Below are positions 38,286-49,421 of a DNA stretch of 64,000 nt, one piece after another. A model generated the notes under the pieces. That model saw only the letters and a program-made list of their open reading frames with translations, had not been told where the DNA came from and made no database searches. Numbering within the stretch: position 1 is the first letter of the stretch; each line of letters opens with the position of its first letter. The stretch is from positions 64,001 to 128,000 of the forward strand of contig CAWAMW010000006.1 in assembly GCA_963783305.1 (NCBI GenBank). Direction: 5' to 3'. The stretch is from an uncultured Gemmatimonadales bacterium. GTDB taxonomy: Bacteria; Gemmatimonadota; Gemmatimonadetes; Longimicrobiales; RSA9. The position numbers were made by a program, and so were the translations under genes.

Positions 38286-39812
38286 TCACCGGTATCCGAT
38301 GGCCACCGCCAGGACCACGAAGGCCGAGGCCGCGATCAGCAGTGCCAGCAGGAACTTCCAGATGAACCGCGCCCAGATGGCCCAGTCGACGCGAGCGACG
38401 CCGAGGGTGCCAATCAGCGCGCCCGACGTGGGGACGATCAGATTGGTGAAGCCGTCGCCCAGCTGGAAGGCGAGGACCGCCACCTGACGGGTGACGCCGG
38501 CGAGGTCGGCGAGTGGGGCCATGAGGGGCATGGTGAGCGCGGCCTGCCCGGAGCCGGATACCACGAAGAAGTTGAACACGGACTGGAAGACGAGCATGAG
38601 CCAGGCGGACAGCGCGCTGGGCAGGTCCCGGATGAGCAGACCGGCCTCGTGCAGCAGCGTGTTCAGGACCGTGGGCTCGGTGGGAGAGTCGCCTCCCAGG
38701 ACCAGCACGATCCCCTTCGCCATGCCGACGATCAGCGCGGCATCGAGGATGTCTCGAGCGCCGGCCTTGAACCCCGTCCCGATGTCGTTGATGCCCATCC
38801 CGTTCAGATGGAACGCGGCCCCGATCACGCCCGCGACCACGCCCATGACGAAGAACTGGCTGGCGATCTCGGGGATGTAGTACTGGTGCTCGATCACGCC
38901 CCATATGACCCAGACGATCGTCGCCAGGACAGTCAGCAGGACGAGTTTGTGTCCGAAGGTGAACGCGAGGTCCGGGCGGCTCGGGTCCGGGGCCTCGTCG
39001 GCGAATGGGTCGGGGAGCCCGTGGAGCGGTGAGCGCGACGGCTCGCGCCGGACCCTCTGGGCGTACCACCACGTCCAGCCGGTGCCGAAGAGCGTGAAAA
39101 ACGTCCACATGACGATCCGGAAGGGAGCGCCGGAGAGCACCGGTATCTCCGCCACCCCCTGGGCGATGGCGATGCTGAACGGGTTCATCCACGACGTCGC
39201 GAAGCCGATCTGGGTGGCGACGTAGGTGATGAGGACCCCGACGATGGCGTCGTAGCCGAGGGCGATGACCAGCGGCACCAGGATCATCGCGAATGCGATC
39301 GCCTCCTCGCCCATTCCGAAGACCGCGCCCCCGAGCGAGAACAGCACGAACATCACCGGGATGAGGAGCGCCTCCGCCCCCGCCGTGCGCTGGATCACCG
39401 CCATGATCCCGGCTTCGATGGCGCCCGTCCGGAGCACGATCCCGAAAGCGCCGCCGATGATCAGGATGAACGCTACCACGCCGATGGCCGCGCCCCACTT
39501 GCTCCCCGAGACCAGCCCCTCGAACGCGTAGTTGAACAGCCCCACCTCGCCACCGGGCGCGAAGAGAGGGACACCCCGGTGGACCGGCTCGCCCACTTCG
39601 TCGCGGAGCAGCTCGAAGCTGCCGGGCACCAGCACCTCCCGCTCCTGAACCGCGCCCGCCGCGTCGGTGAAGCGGATCAGGGTCGTGTCGAACGAGCCGG
39701 CGGGGATCAGGTACGTGCATGCCGCCGCGAAGAGGATGACGAAGAAGATGATGACGTACGTGTCGGGCGCCCGGAAGCGAGGTGCCCCCGGGCTGCGCGC
39801 GGCCGCGGGCAT
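38286..39812 (-). CDS. yfcC: YfcC-family (putative basic amino acid) transporter
   Basis: PDTYVIIF, GMGEEAIAF, QIGFATSWMNPF, SGSGQAALTMPLMAPLADL.GVTRQVAVLAFQLGDG; about 12 TM. Confidence 0.88.
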   Translation of the reverse strand: MPAAARSPGAPRFRAPDTYVIIFFVILFAAACTYLIPAGSFDTTLIRFTDAAGAVQEREVLVPGSFELLRDEVGEPVHRGVPLFAPGGEVGLFNYAFEGLVSGSKWGAAIGVVAFILIIGGAFGIVLRTGAIEAGIMAVIQRTAGAEALLIPVMFVLFSLGGAVFGMGEEAIAFAMILVPLVIALGYDAIVGVLITYVATQIGFATSWMNPFSIAIAQGVAEIPVLSGAPFRIVMWTFFTLFGTGWTWWYAQRVRREPSRSPLHGLPDPFADEAPDPSRPDLAFTFGHKLVLLTVLATIVWVIWGVIEHQYYIPEIASQFFVMGVVAGVIGAAFHLNGMGINDIGTGFKAGARDILDAALIVGMAKGIVLVLGGDSPTEPTVLNTLLHEAGLLIRDLPSALSAWLMLVFQSVFNFFVVSGSGQAALTMPLMAPLADLAGVTRQVAVLAFQLGDGFTNLIVPTSGALIGTLGVARVDWAIWARFIWKFLLALLIAASAFVVLAVAIGYR

Positions 39813-39818
39813 ATCCCT

Positions 39819-40703
39819 CTAGTCCTCGATCACGCGGCGGCGGGCGAGGTCGTACCGCTGGCCGCTGCCGAGGATGTGCAGCGTGAGACCGTGTCCCACC
39901 AGGTCCCCACCCGCGGTTGTAGCTACGCCGGCCGCGTTGGAGGCGTCGATCACCATCACAGTGTTCTCGCCGAAAACCTCGAAGCTGTCAGGGTCCCGCA
40001 CGATGATCGCGGTCGACTCGTCGATCCCCACGCCCACCAGCTGCGGGTTCTCCAGCACCAGCGAGATCAGCCGGTTCTGCCGTTGCCGGGCGATGAAGTG
40101 CTGGTCGATGATCACCCGAGCGACGAAGCCGAAGCCCGGGGCCGTCATGACATTGCCCCGCTCGATCGTGGTGAAGGAATACTCGGCGTCCGGGTGCAGC
40201 GCCTCGTCACCGGTGATCATGATCTCGCTCATGATGGCGGCGCCAGCGCTCGTGCCCGCCAGGACACCCCCTCCGCGGTGGATCTCGCGGACCCGGTCCA
40301 GGAGCCGCGTGTCCAGCATGTGGGCGGTGAGCCGGTTCTGGTCCCCGCCGGAGAAGAAGATCCCGGTGACGTCATCGAGCGCCGCGACGATGCTGTCATG
40401 GTTCGCGGTGATGCTGTCGAACCGGACGAAGGAGACGTCGGGGCAGCCGGCCTCCTCGAGCTGCCAGCTCTGGTAGAGCGCCACGTCCAGCGGGTCGGAG
40501 CTGGCCATGGGGATCACCACCATCCGACACGCGTCCCCGCCCGCCAGCTCGACGATCTTCTCCATCATGTAGTGCGGCCGGCTCCCGCCCCCGATGATGA
40601 CCAGCGGCCCCGGGTCGCGCCGGGGCGAGAAGGCGGCGAACAGGATCAGAGTCCCGAGCAGCAGTCCCGCCGTGCCCGTTCCCGCGACCACGCGTCGATT
40701 CAT
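39819..40703 (-). CDS. cphB: Cyanophycinase (peptidase S51) with N-terminal signal peptide/anchor (CphE-like)
   Basis: LVIIGGG, IPMAS, FSGGDQ.RL, GTSAGAA, IIDQHF..RQRQNRL, GIDESTA; MNRR plus hydrophobic leader; GGAGG RBS. Confidence 0.9.
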   Translation of the reverse strand: MNRRVVAGTGTAGLLLGTLILFAAFSPRRDPGPLVIIGGGSRPHYMMEKIVELAGGDACRMVVIPMASSDPLDVALYQSWQLEEAGCPDVSFVRFDSITANHDSIVAALDDVTGIFFSGGDQNRLTAHMLDTRLLDRVREIHRGGGVLAGTSAGAAIMSEIMITGDEALHPDAEYSFTTIERGNVMTAPGFGFVARVIIDQHFIARQRQNRLISLVLENPQLVGVGIDESTAIIVRDPDSFEVFGENTVMVIDASNAAGVATTAGGDLVGHGLTLHILGSGQRYDLARRRVIED

Positions 40704-40907
40704 GGCGTTCCTCCAACAATGTGTTGACCGCAGGGTGTGCGGCTGTTGCGGGGCAACATGCTTTCGGCGGAGGGCACGGTCAACCTGGGTCAACAACCTC
40801 CGACGGGGATCGAGATTCGGATGCGGATTCGGTGGCGGTGTTCCGCTCCGGAGCAGGGCTGCCGCAGATGGGGTTGGGGCGCACACAAGTTGCATATACC
40901 ACATCCG

Positions 40908-43625
40908 ATGACCGACTCTGTGACGGATACCGCGCCACCGTCCTCAACCTGGGGGCTCCACTCATCGCTTCCGACGACGAACGTCTCGGAAGTGCTGCGG
41001 CGCGTGGCCCACGTCGCCCGCGACCTGACGGGGGCCTACGGCGCGTATGTGGAGCAGGTGGTGGACGGTGAGGTGGAGGTGGTGGCGGTGGTGGGGGAGG
41101 GCGCTCCACCGTTGAGCACCCGGATCGCGTACCCTGGCTCGGTGACCGAGGAGATCGCGCAGGGTGGGCTTCCGGTCACGGTGCCGGAGCTCGGCGAGGA
41201 GTCGGCTATCGTGCCGTACCTCGGGAAGAGCTGTGCGAGTTGCGGGTTCCTCCTCGCACCGCTCATGGCGGGGGAAGAGCTTCTGGGCGCGCTCGTGCTC
41301 CTGAGCCGCGCCCGAGGTCACTTCGGTTCCGACGACATCGCCACGCTCCGATCGCTGAGCGAGCTGGCGTCCGTGTCGCTCCGGCTGGTGGGGGAGATCA
41401 GCCGCGAGCGCGAAGAGCGGACGGCGCTGCTGGATTCCACCGGAGAAGGCATCTATGGGATCGACCCGGCGGGGCAGTGCACGTTCATGAACCGCTCCGG
41501 GGCCGCTCTCCTCGGCTATTCGCAGGACGAGGTCCTGGGTACCAACCTGCACCGTCTGATCCACCACACGCGTCCCGACGGCAGTGCGTACGAGGAGGCC
41601 GCCTGCCCGATCTACGATGCCGCGCGGGCGGGGAAGGGGGTGCGGGTGGAGAACGAGGTGCTCTGGCGGAGCGACGGCTCGTCCTTCCCCGCCGAATACG
41701 CGTCGCACCCGATCCGGGAGGACGACCGGATCCTCGGCGCGGTGGTGACCTTCCGTGACATCTCGGAGCGAAAGCGGGAGGAACAGCGCCGGGCCCACCG
41801 TCTCGAGCGCGAGCGCTTCCTCGCCGAGGCCAGCGCCGTGCTCGCGTCGTCGCTGGACTACGAAACCACGCTCGACCAGGTCGCCCGGCTCGCCGTGCCG
41901 CGCATGGCCGACTCCTGCGTCATCGACGTGCTGGACAAGGACGAACGGCTGAACCGAGTGGGGGTGGCCCACATCGATCCCGGGATGCAGCGCGTGCTCG
42001 CTACCGCGCGGCCGCACGCGCCGCCCCCCGATTCGGGTAGTCCCGCGCTGGCAGCGCTGGAGGGGGCGGAGCCCGTCCACGTGCCGGTGGTCACCGACGA
42101 ATGGATCGAGAGGGTCGCCCTCGATCCCGAGCACCTCGACGTCCTGCGGAGCCTGAAGCCACGCTCCGTGATGATCGTTCCGCTCCTCGGCGCCGGACGC
42201 ACCGTAGGTCTCTTCTGGCTCGCCCGCACCGACCCCGATCGCCCCTACGATGCCGACGAGCTTGCACTCGCCGTAGAGCTCGGCCGCCGGGCCGGCGTAG
42301 CCGTCGACAACGCCATGCTCTTCGCCGGCGCCGAGGAGGCCCGGGGCGAGGCGGAGCGCCGGGCTCGCGAGGAGGCGGCGCTCCGGGAAGCCATTCAGGC
42401 GGTGGCCGCCAGCGCGTCCACCGAGGAGGTCATCCATCGGATCGCCGGGAGCGCCGTGCGGGCGACCAACGCTGATGGGGCGTTCGTTGAGCGCATCGAG
42501 CACGACTGCGCCGAGACGCTCGTGGTGGCCTCCGCCGGAGAAACCGCTCCGGCGGTGGGGGGTCGGCTCCGCTACGAAGGCTCGTTCACCGAGTACGTGG
42601 TGGAGCGGGCGCAGCCCCTGGTGGTGCCCCGGATCGCCGACGCCGAGCGGGGCCTTCCGGGCGAGCTCGCCCGCGCCCGCCCCGACGACGCCATGCTGAT
42701 TCTCCCGCTGGTTGATGGAGGCGAGCCCATTGGCTCGCTCTATCTCATGCGCCGGTCGGAGAAGTGGCAGTTCCGCGAAGACGAGGTACAACGCGCGCTG
42801 GCGTTCGCCGAGCTCGCCGCCCTCGCCTTCCGCAAGATCCACATGCTCGAGGACTCCGAGCGGCGCCGTGAGGAAATCCAGAGGGTGATGGAGAGTCGCG
42901 CCCGCCTCATGCGCGGGTTCAGTCACGACGTGAAGAATCCCCTCGGCGCCGCCGACGGGTTCCTCCAGCTCCTGCAGGACCAGGTCGTGGGCCCTCTCAC
43001 CGAAAAGCAGGCCGAGCATCTGCGGCGCGCCCGCCGCTCTATCCATAGCTCCCTGGACCTCATCGAGGACCTCCTGGACCTCGCACGCGCGGAGGCCGGC
43101 CAGCTGGAGATCGAGTGGGGGCCCGTGGACCTGAGGGATGCCACCCGCGAGCTCGCGGAGGAGTATCGCACACAGGCCGACCGGAAGGGCATCGCCATGC
43201 ACCTCGAGCTGCCCGACGAGCTGCCCGTCATCCGCAGCGACGCGACCCGCGTACGGCAGGTCCTGGGCAACCTCCTCTCCAACGCGGTCAAGTATACCGA
43301 TGAGGGACGGATCGCCGTCCGTGTCGATCGTCGCTCGACCGGCGCCTCCGGCCCCGCCGACGCACCCGAGCGCGCCGGTGAGTGGGTCGTCGCGGAGGTG
43401 AAGGACACCGGCCCGGGCATCCCTGCAAACCAGCAGCGGCGGCTGTTCGAGGAGTTCACCCGCCTCGACCCCGGCGAGAAAAGCGGTGCGGGCGTCGGGC
43501 TCGCCATCAGTCAGCGCATCTCGCATGCGCTCGGCGGCGAGATTGCCGTCAGCAGCGAGCCCGGCGAAGGCTCCGTGTTCACCCTGTGGCTGCCTCGCGC
43601 AGCCCCGGACGGCGCCGACGACTGA
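40908..43625 (+). CDS. Cytoplasmic sensor histidine kinase (GAF-PAS-GAF-GAF-HisKA-HATPase)
   Basis: PAS EGIYGID..G.CTFMN...FRDISERK; H-box [38 protein letters not shown]. Confidence 0.92.
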   Translation: MTDSVTDTAPPSSTWGLHSSLPTTNVSEVLRRVAHVARDLTGAYGAYVEQVVDGEVEVVAVVGEGAPPLSTRIAYPGSVTEEIAQGGLPVTVPELGEESAIVPYLGKSCASCGFLLAPLMAGEELLGALVLLSRARGHFGSDDIATLRSLSELASVSLRLVGEISREREERTALLDSTGEGIYGIDPAGQCTFMNRSGAALLGYSQDEVLGTNLHRLIHHTRPDGSAYEEAACPIYDAARAGKGVRVENEVLWRSDGSSFPAEYASHPIREDDRILGAVVTFRDISERKREEQRRAHRLERERFLAEASAVLASSLDYETTLDQVARLAVPRMADSCVIDVLDKDERLNRVGVAHIDPGMQRVLATARPHAPPPDSGSPALAALEGAEPVHVPVVTDEWIERVALDPEHLDVLRSLKPRSVMIVPLLGAGRTVGLFWLARTDPDRPYDADELALAVELGRRAGVAVDNAMLFAGAEEARGEAERRAREEAALREAIQAVAASASTEEVIHRIAGSAVRATNADGAFVERIEHDCAETLVVASAGETAPAVGGRLRYEGSFTEYVVERAQPLVVPRIADAERGLPGELARARPDDAMLILPLVDGGEPIGSLYLMRRSEKWQFREDEVQRALAFAELAALAFRKIHMLEDSERRREEIQRVMESRARLMRGFSHDVKNPLGAADGFLQLLQDQVVGPLTEKQAEHLRRARRSIHSSLDLIEDLLDLARAEAGQLEIEWGPVDLRDATRELAEEYRTQADRKGIAMHLELPDELPVIRSDATRVRQVLGNLLSNAVKYTDEGRIAVRVDRRSTGASGPADAPERAGEWVVAEVKDTGPGIPANQQRRLFEEFTRLDPGEKSGAGVGLAISQRISHALGGEIAVSSEPGEGSVFTLWLPRAAPDGADD

Positions 43626-43711
43626 GACGCGTTGACTCCCTCGCACGAGGGGCCCTACCTTTCCGTCAGCCCCGCTTTCTCCGGCGTCTCATTCCAGACA
43701 CGAGACGCACC

Positions 43712-45382
43712 ATGCCGAACGCCGTCGCAGGAGCCGCCGCACCTACATCGGAGCCCGGCGCACTCGCTTTCGAATATCAGGACCCGTTCCCGCTCGGGCC
43801 GGACACCACCGAGTACCGGAAGATCGACGGGTCGGAGCGCTATGTCCGGGTAGACTTCTTCGGAGACGAGGAAGTGCTGCGGGTCGACCCCGCCGCGCTG
43901 GCGCTGCTCACGCGCGAAGCCATGCGCGATGTCTCCTTCCTGCTGCGGCCGTCGCACAACGAGCAGGTGGCGCAGATCCTGACCGACCCGGCCGCGTCGC
44001 CGAACGATCGCGGCGTCGCCCGCGCCTTCCTCCGCAATGCCGTGGTAGCGGCGGAGGGAGAGCTCCCCGTCTGCCAGGACACGGGAACGGCCACGGTCGT
44101 CGCGAAGAAAGGGCAGCGGGTGTGGACCGGCGTGAAAGACGAGGAGTGGATCTCCCGAGGCGTCTATCGCACGTACACCGAACACAATCTGAGGTACTCC
44201 CAGACCGTACCGCTGGACATGTACACGGAGAAGAACACGGGCACGAACCTCCCCGCGCAGATCGACATCGCGGCCACCGAAGGGGAAGCCTACAAATTCC
44301 TGTTCATGGCGAAGGGCGGCGGCAGCGCCAACAAGACCACGCTCTACCAGCAGACGAAGGCGCTCCTCACACCGGAGAAGCTGGAAGCGTTCCTGGTGGA
44401 GAAGATGAAGTCGCTCGGCACCGCCGCATGCCCGCCCTACCACATTGCGTTCGTCATCGGCGGTACGAGCGCCGACGCGGTCATGAAGACGGTGAAGCTG
44501 GCCAGCGCCCGCGACCTGGATGGTCTGCCCACCACCGGCAACGAGCACGGCCGCGCCTTCCGTGACGTGGAGCTGGAGGGTCGGCTCCTCCTCGCTGCGC
44601 AGCGGCTCGGCATCGGCGCCCAGTTCGGCGGGAAGTACTTCGCCCACGACGTTCGCGTAATCCGGCTCCCGCGCCATGGCGCGAGCCTGCCCGTGGGCAT
44701 GGCCGTTTCATGCTCCGCCGATCGGAACATCCGGGCCAAGATCACGCGGGACGGGCTCTTCGTCGAGGTGCTCGACGCCAACCCGGGCCGACTGCTCCCG
44801 GAGGAGAACGTGGAGGGACAGGCGGTGGAGGGGATACGGATCGACCTCTCCACCGGGATGACCGAGGTGAGGAAGGCGCTTTCGGCCATGGACGTCGGCG
44901 ACGCGGTGCTGCTGTCGGGCACACTCGTCGTGGCCCGGGACATCGCCCATGCCCGCTTCAAGGAGATCCTCGACCGCGGGGACCCGCTGCCTGAATACCT
45001 GATCGATCATCCGGTCTATTACGCCGGTCCCGCCAAGACGCCGGAGGGCCGTCCGTCCGGCTCGTTCGGCCCCACCACGGCCGGGCGGATGGACGCCTAC
45101 GTGGACCTGCTCCAGCGCAACGGCGGGAGCCTCGTCATGATCGCAAAGGGCAACCGCAGTCAACAGGTGACGGACGCCTGTCGCGAGCACGGCGGCTTTT
45201 ATCTCGGCTCCATGGGCGGGCCCGCGGCCATCCTCGCGGCCGAGAACATCCGGAAAGTGGAGTGCATCGACTTCCAGGAGCTCGGCATGGAGGCCGTCTG
45301 GAAGATCGAAGTGGAGGATTTCCCGGCCTACGTCCTCGTGGACGACAAGGGCAACGACTTCTTCAAGCGCCTCGGGATCTGA
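43712..45382 (+). CDS. fumA: Fumarate hydratase class I (Fe-S)
   Basis: [58 protein letters not shown]. Confidence 0.95.
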   Translation: MPNAVAGAAAPTSEPGALAFEYQDPFPLGPDTTEYRKIDGSERYVRVDFFGDEEVLRVDPAALALLTREAMRDVSFLLRPSHNEQVAQILTDPAASPNDRGVARAFLRNAVVAAEGELPVCQDTGTATVVAKKGQRVWTGVKDEEWISRGVYRTYTEHNLRYSQTVPLDMYTEKNTGTNLPAQIDIAATEGEAYKFLFMAKGGGSANKTTLYQQTKALLTPEKLEAFLVEKMKSLGTAACPPYHIAFVIGGTSADAVMKTVKLASARDLDGLPTTGNEHGRAFRDVELEGRLLLAAQRLGIGAQFGGKYFAHDVRVIRLPRHGASLPVGMAVSCSADRNIRAKITRDGLFVEVLDANPGRLLPEENVEGQAVEGIRIDLSTGMTEVRKALSAMDVGDAVLLSGTLVVARDIAHARFKEILDRGDPLPEYLIDHPVYYAGPAKTPEGRPSGSFGPTTAGRMDAYVDLLQRNGGSLVMIAKGNRSQQVTDACREHGGFYLGSMGGPAAILAAENIRKVECIDFQELGMEAVWKIEVEDFPAYVLVDDKGNDFFKRLGI

Positions 45383-46115
45383 TCCGGAGCCCCAGCGCCA
45401 CCACTCCCAGGATCGGTAGCGCGGCAAGATAGGTCCAGTCCACGCCGCGTTCCGGGTGCGGCGGGGCGGCCACCATGCCGTAGAGTGGGCGCGCGGCCAG
45501 CCGCGCCGCGTCTTCGCGCGCGCGCTGGTCCCGCTCCGCCTGCAGGATCGGCGCGATGAACGCCATGTAGGCCTCCGGGAAGAGCGCCACGTGGTAGTGC
45601 GGGGGGTAGTATTCCCGCGTCACGTCCACGAGCCCCTCCTCCTCCATGGCCAGGAGCGTCTCCTCCAGCCATTGCCGGCACGCCCCGCGCCGGCTCACTC
45701 GCAGGTCCACGGCGATCCCCGCCGGGTGCACCGACAGGCGGTGCGCGTTCGGCGGTTGCCGCGTGATCGGCCGTGTCAGGCTCGTCACCACCAGCTTCTC
45801 CTTGCACGCCGCCGCGTACCCGGCTGACAGCTGCTCGATGAACGTGCGCATTTCCTGCCGCGCCACCAGCGAGCCCACGCCGTTCCGGAACCCGTAATCC
45901 TCGCTGCCTTCTAGGGGCACCAGATCCCCTCTCGCGACCAGCCGGTCCAGCTCCTCCGGCGTTTTCACGAATCGGAAGCCCAGGGCAAGCGCCACCCCGT
46001 GCTGCCGCTCCATGGCGGCCAGCGACCCCCTCAAAGTCACGGGGACATCGGCGGATGCGGGCGCGGCCGCCAGCACCGCGAGCGCCACGGTGCCAATGAG
46101 GAAGGGTCTCAGCAT
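45363..46115 (-). CDS. DUF5715-like exported protein (peptidase M15/LAS-type fold)
   Basis: Signal peptide; [20 protein letters not shown] (H-x6-D), PPHYHV (HxH); C-terminal TM. Confidence 0.75.
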   Translation of the reverse strand: MLRPFLIGTVALAVLAAAPASADVPVTLRGSLAAMERQHGVALALGFRFVKTPEELDRLVARGDLVPLEGSEDYGFRNGVGSLVARQEMRTFIEQLSAGYAAACKEKLVVTSLTRPITRQPPNAHRLSVHPAGIAVDLRVSRRGACRQWLEETLLAMEEEGLVDVTREYYPPHYHVALFPEAYMAFIAPILQAERDQRAREDAARLAARPLYGMVAAPPHPERGVDWTYLAALPILGVVALGLRIRSRGA

Positions 46116-46262
46116 GTCCTGCTCCTGCGTAACACAAATAAAATCGGCGCCCACCCGCTACGGTAAAGCGCCTCGATGAACAGCTTTCCGGGGCCTGATA
46201 CAGCGCAGCGCCCGGTGGGTTCCCCCGCCGGGCGCCGAATCAGGCTTCACACGTACGCCGCG

Positions 46263-46418
46263 TCAGCGGCCGGTACTCTCGCTCCGGGTGCCCTCCCACA
46301 GCTTTTTCGCCAGGAGCAGCGCTGCGCCCCACTTGAGCGCCTTCATGGGGTGCAGCACCGCAAACGTCCGCTTGGGCGCCTTCTTGTATGCGACGAGCTT
46401 CGCCAGTCCTTTGAGCAC
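46263..46418 (-). CDS. Small basic hypothetical protein (51 aa)
   Basis: GGAGGAAAC-GTG start; MLKGLAKLVAYKKAPKRTFAVLHPMKALKWGAALLLAKKLWEGTRSESTGR; fills the gap between two genes. Confidence 0.65.
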   Translation of the reverse strand: MLKGLAKLVAYKKAPKRTFAVLHPMKALKWGAALLLAKKLWEGTRSESTGR

Positions 46419-46562
46419 GTTTCCTCCCCGTTCGGGTATCGCCGATGTCCACCCTCCTGTTGTGCAAGGCGCGCGCCCAGCGAGCCCGCGGGCGGCCTCA
46501 TTCCTGCAACGGCTGGCAACCTCCGCAACGGCCGGACGAATCTGCAATTCAGCCAAGGGCAA

Positions 46563-48828
46563 ATGACGCCACGTACGAATCCGTTCGCAGGCGAGGGGGA
46601 GGTGCGGAAAGTGGCGCGGTCTATCGACTGGGCCGCGACCCCGCTCGGGCCAGTGGACCGTTGGAGTGGAACGCTCCGCGACGTCATCCGGACCTGTCTG
46701 GACTCGCCGTTTCCCATAGCCCTCTGGTGCGGCCCCGAACTCGTCTTCGTCTACAATCAGGCCTATCGCGCCATACTCGGGGCGAAGCACCCGTCGGCTC
46801 TCGGACGTCCCGGACCGGAGGTGTGGGCCGAGATTTGGGATCAGATCGAGCCCATGTTCGAGCGCATCCGCGCCGGTGGCGACCCCGTCTACGAGCAGGA
46901 TGCGCCTTTCGTCGTCCAACGCCACGGCCCGAGATCCGAATCGGCGGAATCCGAAGTCAATGCCTGGTTCACCTTCAGTCTGAGCCCGGTCCGCGATGAT
47001 GATGGTGATATCCACGCCTTCCTGAACATCGTCTCCGAGAGCACGAGCAGGGTACGGGCGGAGCGGGCGCATGAGGAGGCGCGCGCCGAGGCGGAGCGAG
47101 CGGAGCGCCGCCTGCGAGACGTCTTTGCCCAGGCGCCGGCGTTCCTGGCCGTCGTCAGAGGGCAGGACCACGTCTTCGAATACGTGAATCGTGCCTATTA
47201 CCGGCTGGTCGGCCACCGCGACCTTCTGGGCCGGCCGGTGTTCGACGCGCTCCCGGAGCTGCGCGGACAGGGGTTCGAGGAGCTCCTCAATGGAGTGCTG
47301 GAGACGGGGGAGCCTTTCGTGGGGCGCGAGGTGGCCTTCACGGTCGCACCCACCCCCGGCACCGAGCCGGAGGAGCGCTTCGTGGATTTGGTCTACTACC
47401 CCATCGCCGAGGCCGACGGGACACGGTCCGGTGTGGTCGCCCACGGCTCCGACGTGACCGAGCACGTGCTGGCTCGCCACGAGGCACAGCGCGCACGCGC
47501 CGAAGCCGAGCACGCGAACCAGGCCAAGAGTCAGTTCCTCGCCACCATGAGCCACGAGATCCGCACGCCCATCAACGCCGTCATGGGGTATGCCGACCTG
47601 TTGGACGCGGGCATCGCCGGCTCCCTCGCCGACGAACAGGAGCGCTACGTAAAAGGAATCCAGGCCAGCAGCCGGCACCTGCTCGGACTCGTGAGCGATA
47701 TCCTCGATCTCGCCAAGATCGAGGCCGGGGAGATGCTCGTGGGGGCCGGCGAGAATGGAGGCTCGGGACGCGATCAATGCCGCGATCCGCATGGTCACTC
47801 CCGAGGCCGCTGAGCGCGGTCTCACCATCGAACAGGTGTGGGAGTGCGGCCGCGATGCGGAGGTGGTCGGGGACGACAACCGGGTCCGCCAGATCCTGCT
47901 CAACCTCCTCTCCAACGCTCTCAAGTTCACCGAAGAGGGCGGGAATGTCACCGTCCGGTGCAGTGTCCGGGAGTCGGCTCCACCCGATTCGATGCTCCCG
48001 GGCTACGGCCCGTGGGTTGTCATTGAGGTCGAGGACACCGGCCGCGGCATCGCCGAGGAGCAGCTGGGCCGTGTTTTCGACCCGTTCGTCCAGGCCGAAT
48101 CCGGACACACCCGCACGGCAGGGGGCACGGGGCTCGGGCTGACTATCAGTCGGCGCATGGCCCGACTGATGGCCGGCGAGCTCACCGCCCGTAGCGAGTT
48201 GGGGAAAGGATCCGTTTTCTCGCTCTGGCTCAGTCCTGCCGCACAGGAGCGCGTCAGCATCGACTCGAAGCCGTCCATCGAGGGGCAGCCGTGGCCTCCC
48301 GCTCCCCACTTGCTTCCGGGCCTCGCTTCCGCCGGGCGCGCGCTCCTGGCCAGCATAGAGACCGCCGAGGAGGAGTGGGTGGAGTGGGTTCGTACGGACG
48401 CGGTGATTCGCGCCGCCGATCGTGCCAACCGCGCTCAGGTCGCAGACCAGACCGCCGAGCTCATTGCCGCCTTCGCCAAGGTCCTCTTCGTCCTGGAAGA
48501 GGGCGGGGGAGATCCGGGCCTCCTAAAAGATGCGGAGATCGTCATGGAGGTGATCGCCCGGCGACACGGCCGTCAGCGCAGGCGCCTGGGCTGGAGCACC
48601 GTCGCGCTCGAGCGCGAATACAGGCTCCTCGGCAATGTGCTCGACGCTGCGCTCCGCCGCGAGGCCCCGAAGCGTACCGCGGCGAACCTCGGCACCGCTG
48701 TTGGCGTCGTGCAGCGGCTGACCGCTCGGGCCGCCTCGGTCAGTTTGCAGGCGTTCGGCAGCGCCGACAGCGGCTCCGCCTTCGACCTGGGCGCCGAGGC
48801 CGATCGCACCTGCGAGGGGACGGGCTAG
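46563..48828 (+). pseudogene. PAS-PAS-HisKA-HATPase kinase with RsbRD_N-like tail, split by a frameshift near 47750
   Basis: First frame: IDWAATPLGP..W, PAS, FLATMSHEIRTPIN, DLAKIEAG. Next frame continues QILLNLLSNALKFT, DTGRGI, GTGLGLTIS, then RRHGRQRRRLGW...REY. Confidence 0.8.
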
Positions 48829-49421
48829 ATCGAGCGCACCGCCGCTTCCAGGACCTCGTACGGCTGACAGCCCACGACCGTCCGATCTCCGAGGAACAGC
48901 GTGGGGATCCCCGTTACACCGGCGGCGTTCGCCTCGATGCGGGTGCGGGCGATCCGGTCCAGGTAGCGTGGGTCCGCCATGGCGGCCACCGCCGCGTCCC
49001 GATCCAGTCCCATCCGCTCCGCCAGCCCGCCGATCACCGACGGGTCCTCAATGTCACGCCCCTCGCGCCAGTACGCGTCCATGACGGCCACGCGGAAGGG
49101 GTCCAGCAGACCCTCGTCCCGCGCGTGCTCCGCCACCGCCAGCGCCGGGCGAGTGCTCGGAATGTGGTCCGGCTGACGCATGTCATGGATGCCGAACGAC
49201 GCCGCGAATTTCTTCAGGTAGTCTCGCGCCCGCTCGCGCCCGCCCCGCCCGAGCAGGCGCTCGGCCGGCATGCCCCCCGGCGGTATCTCCGGGTGGAGCT
49301 CGAATCCGCGCCAATCCACCGTGACCTCATGCTCCTCCTGCAGCCGCTCCAGGCTGCTCCGCTCCGCAATGAAGCAGAACGGTCAGATGAAGTCCGTGTA
49401 GAGCCGTACCTTCACGCTCAC
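48825..49421 (-). CDS. DsbA/FrnE-like thioredoxin-fold oxidoreductase, probable selenoprotein (UxxC)
   Basis: GTG 49421 gives VSVKVRLYTDFI-TGA-PFCFIAE..., continuing in frame into the 48825..49319 ORF (WRGFELHPE, GVTGIPT, GCQPYE). The TGA at 49383-49385 occupies the first Cys position of CPFC. Confidence 0.8.
49340..49357 (-). promoter_or_regulatory. Candidate bacterial SECIS hairpin
   Basis: GCAGCC-UGGAGC-GGCUGC, with the loop starting 31 nt after the UGA and G at loop position 2. Confidence 0.45.
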
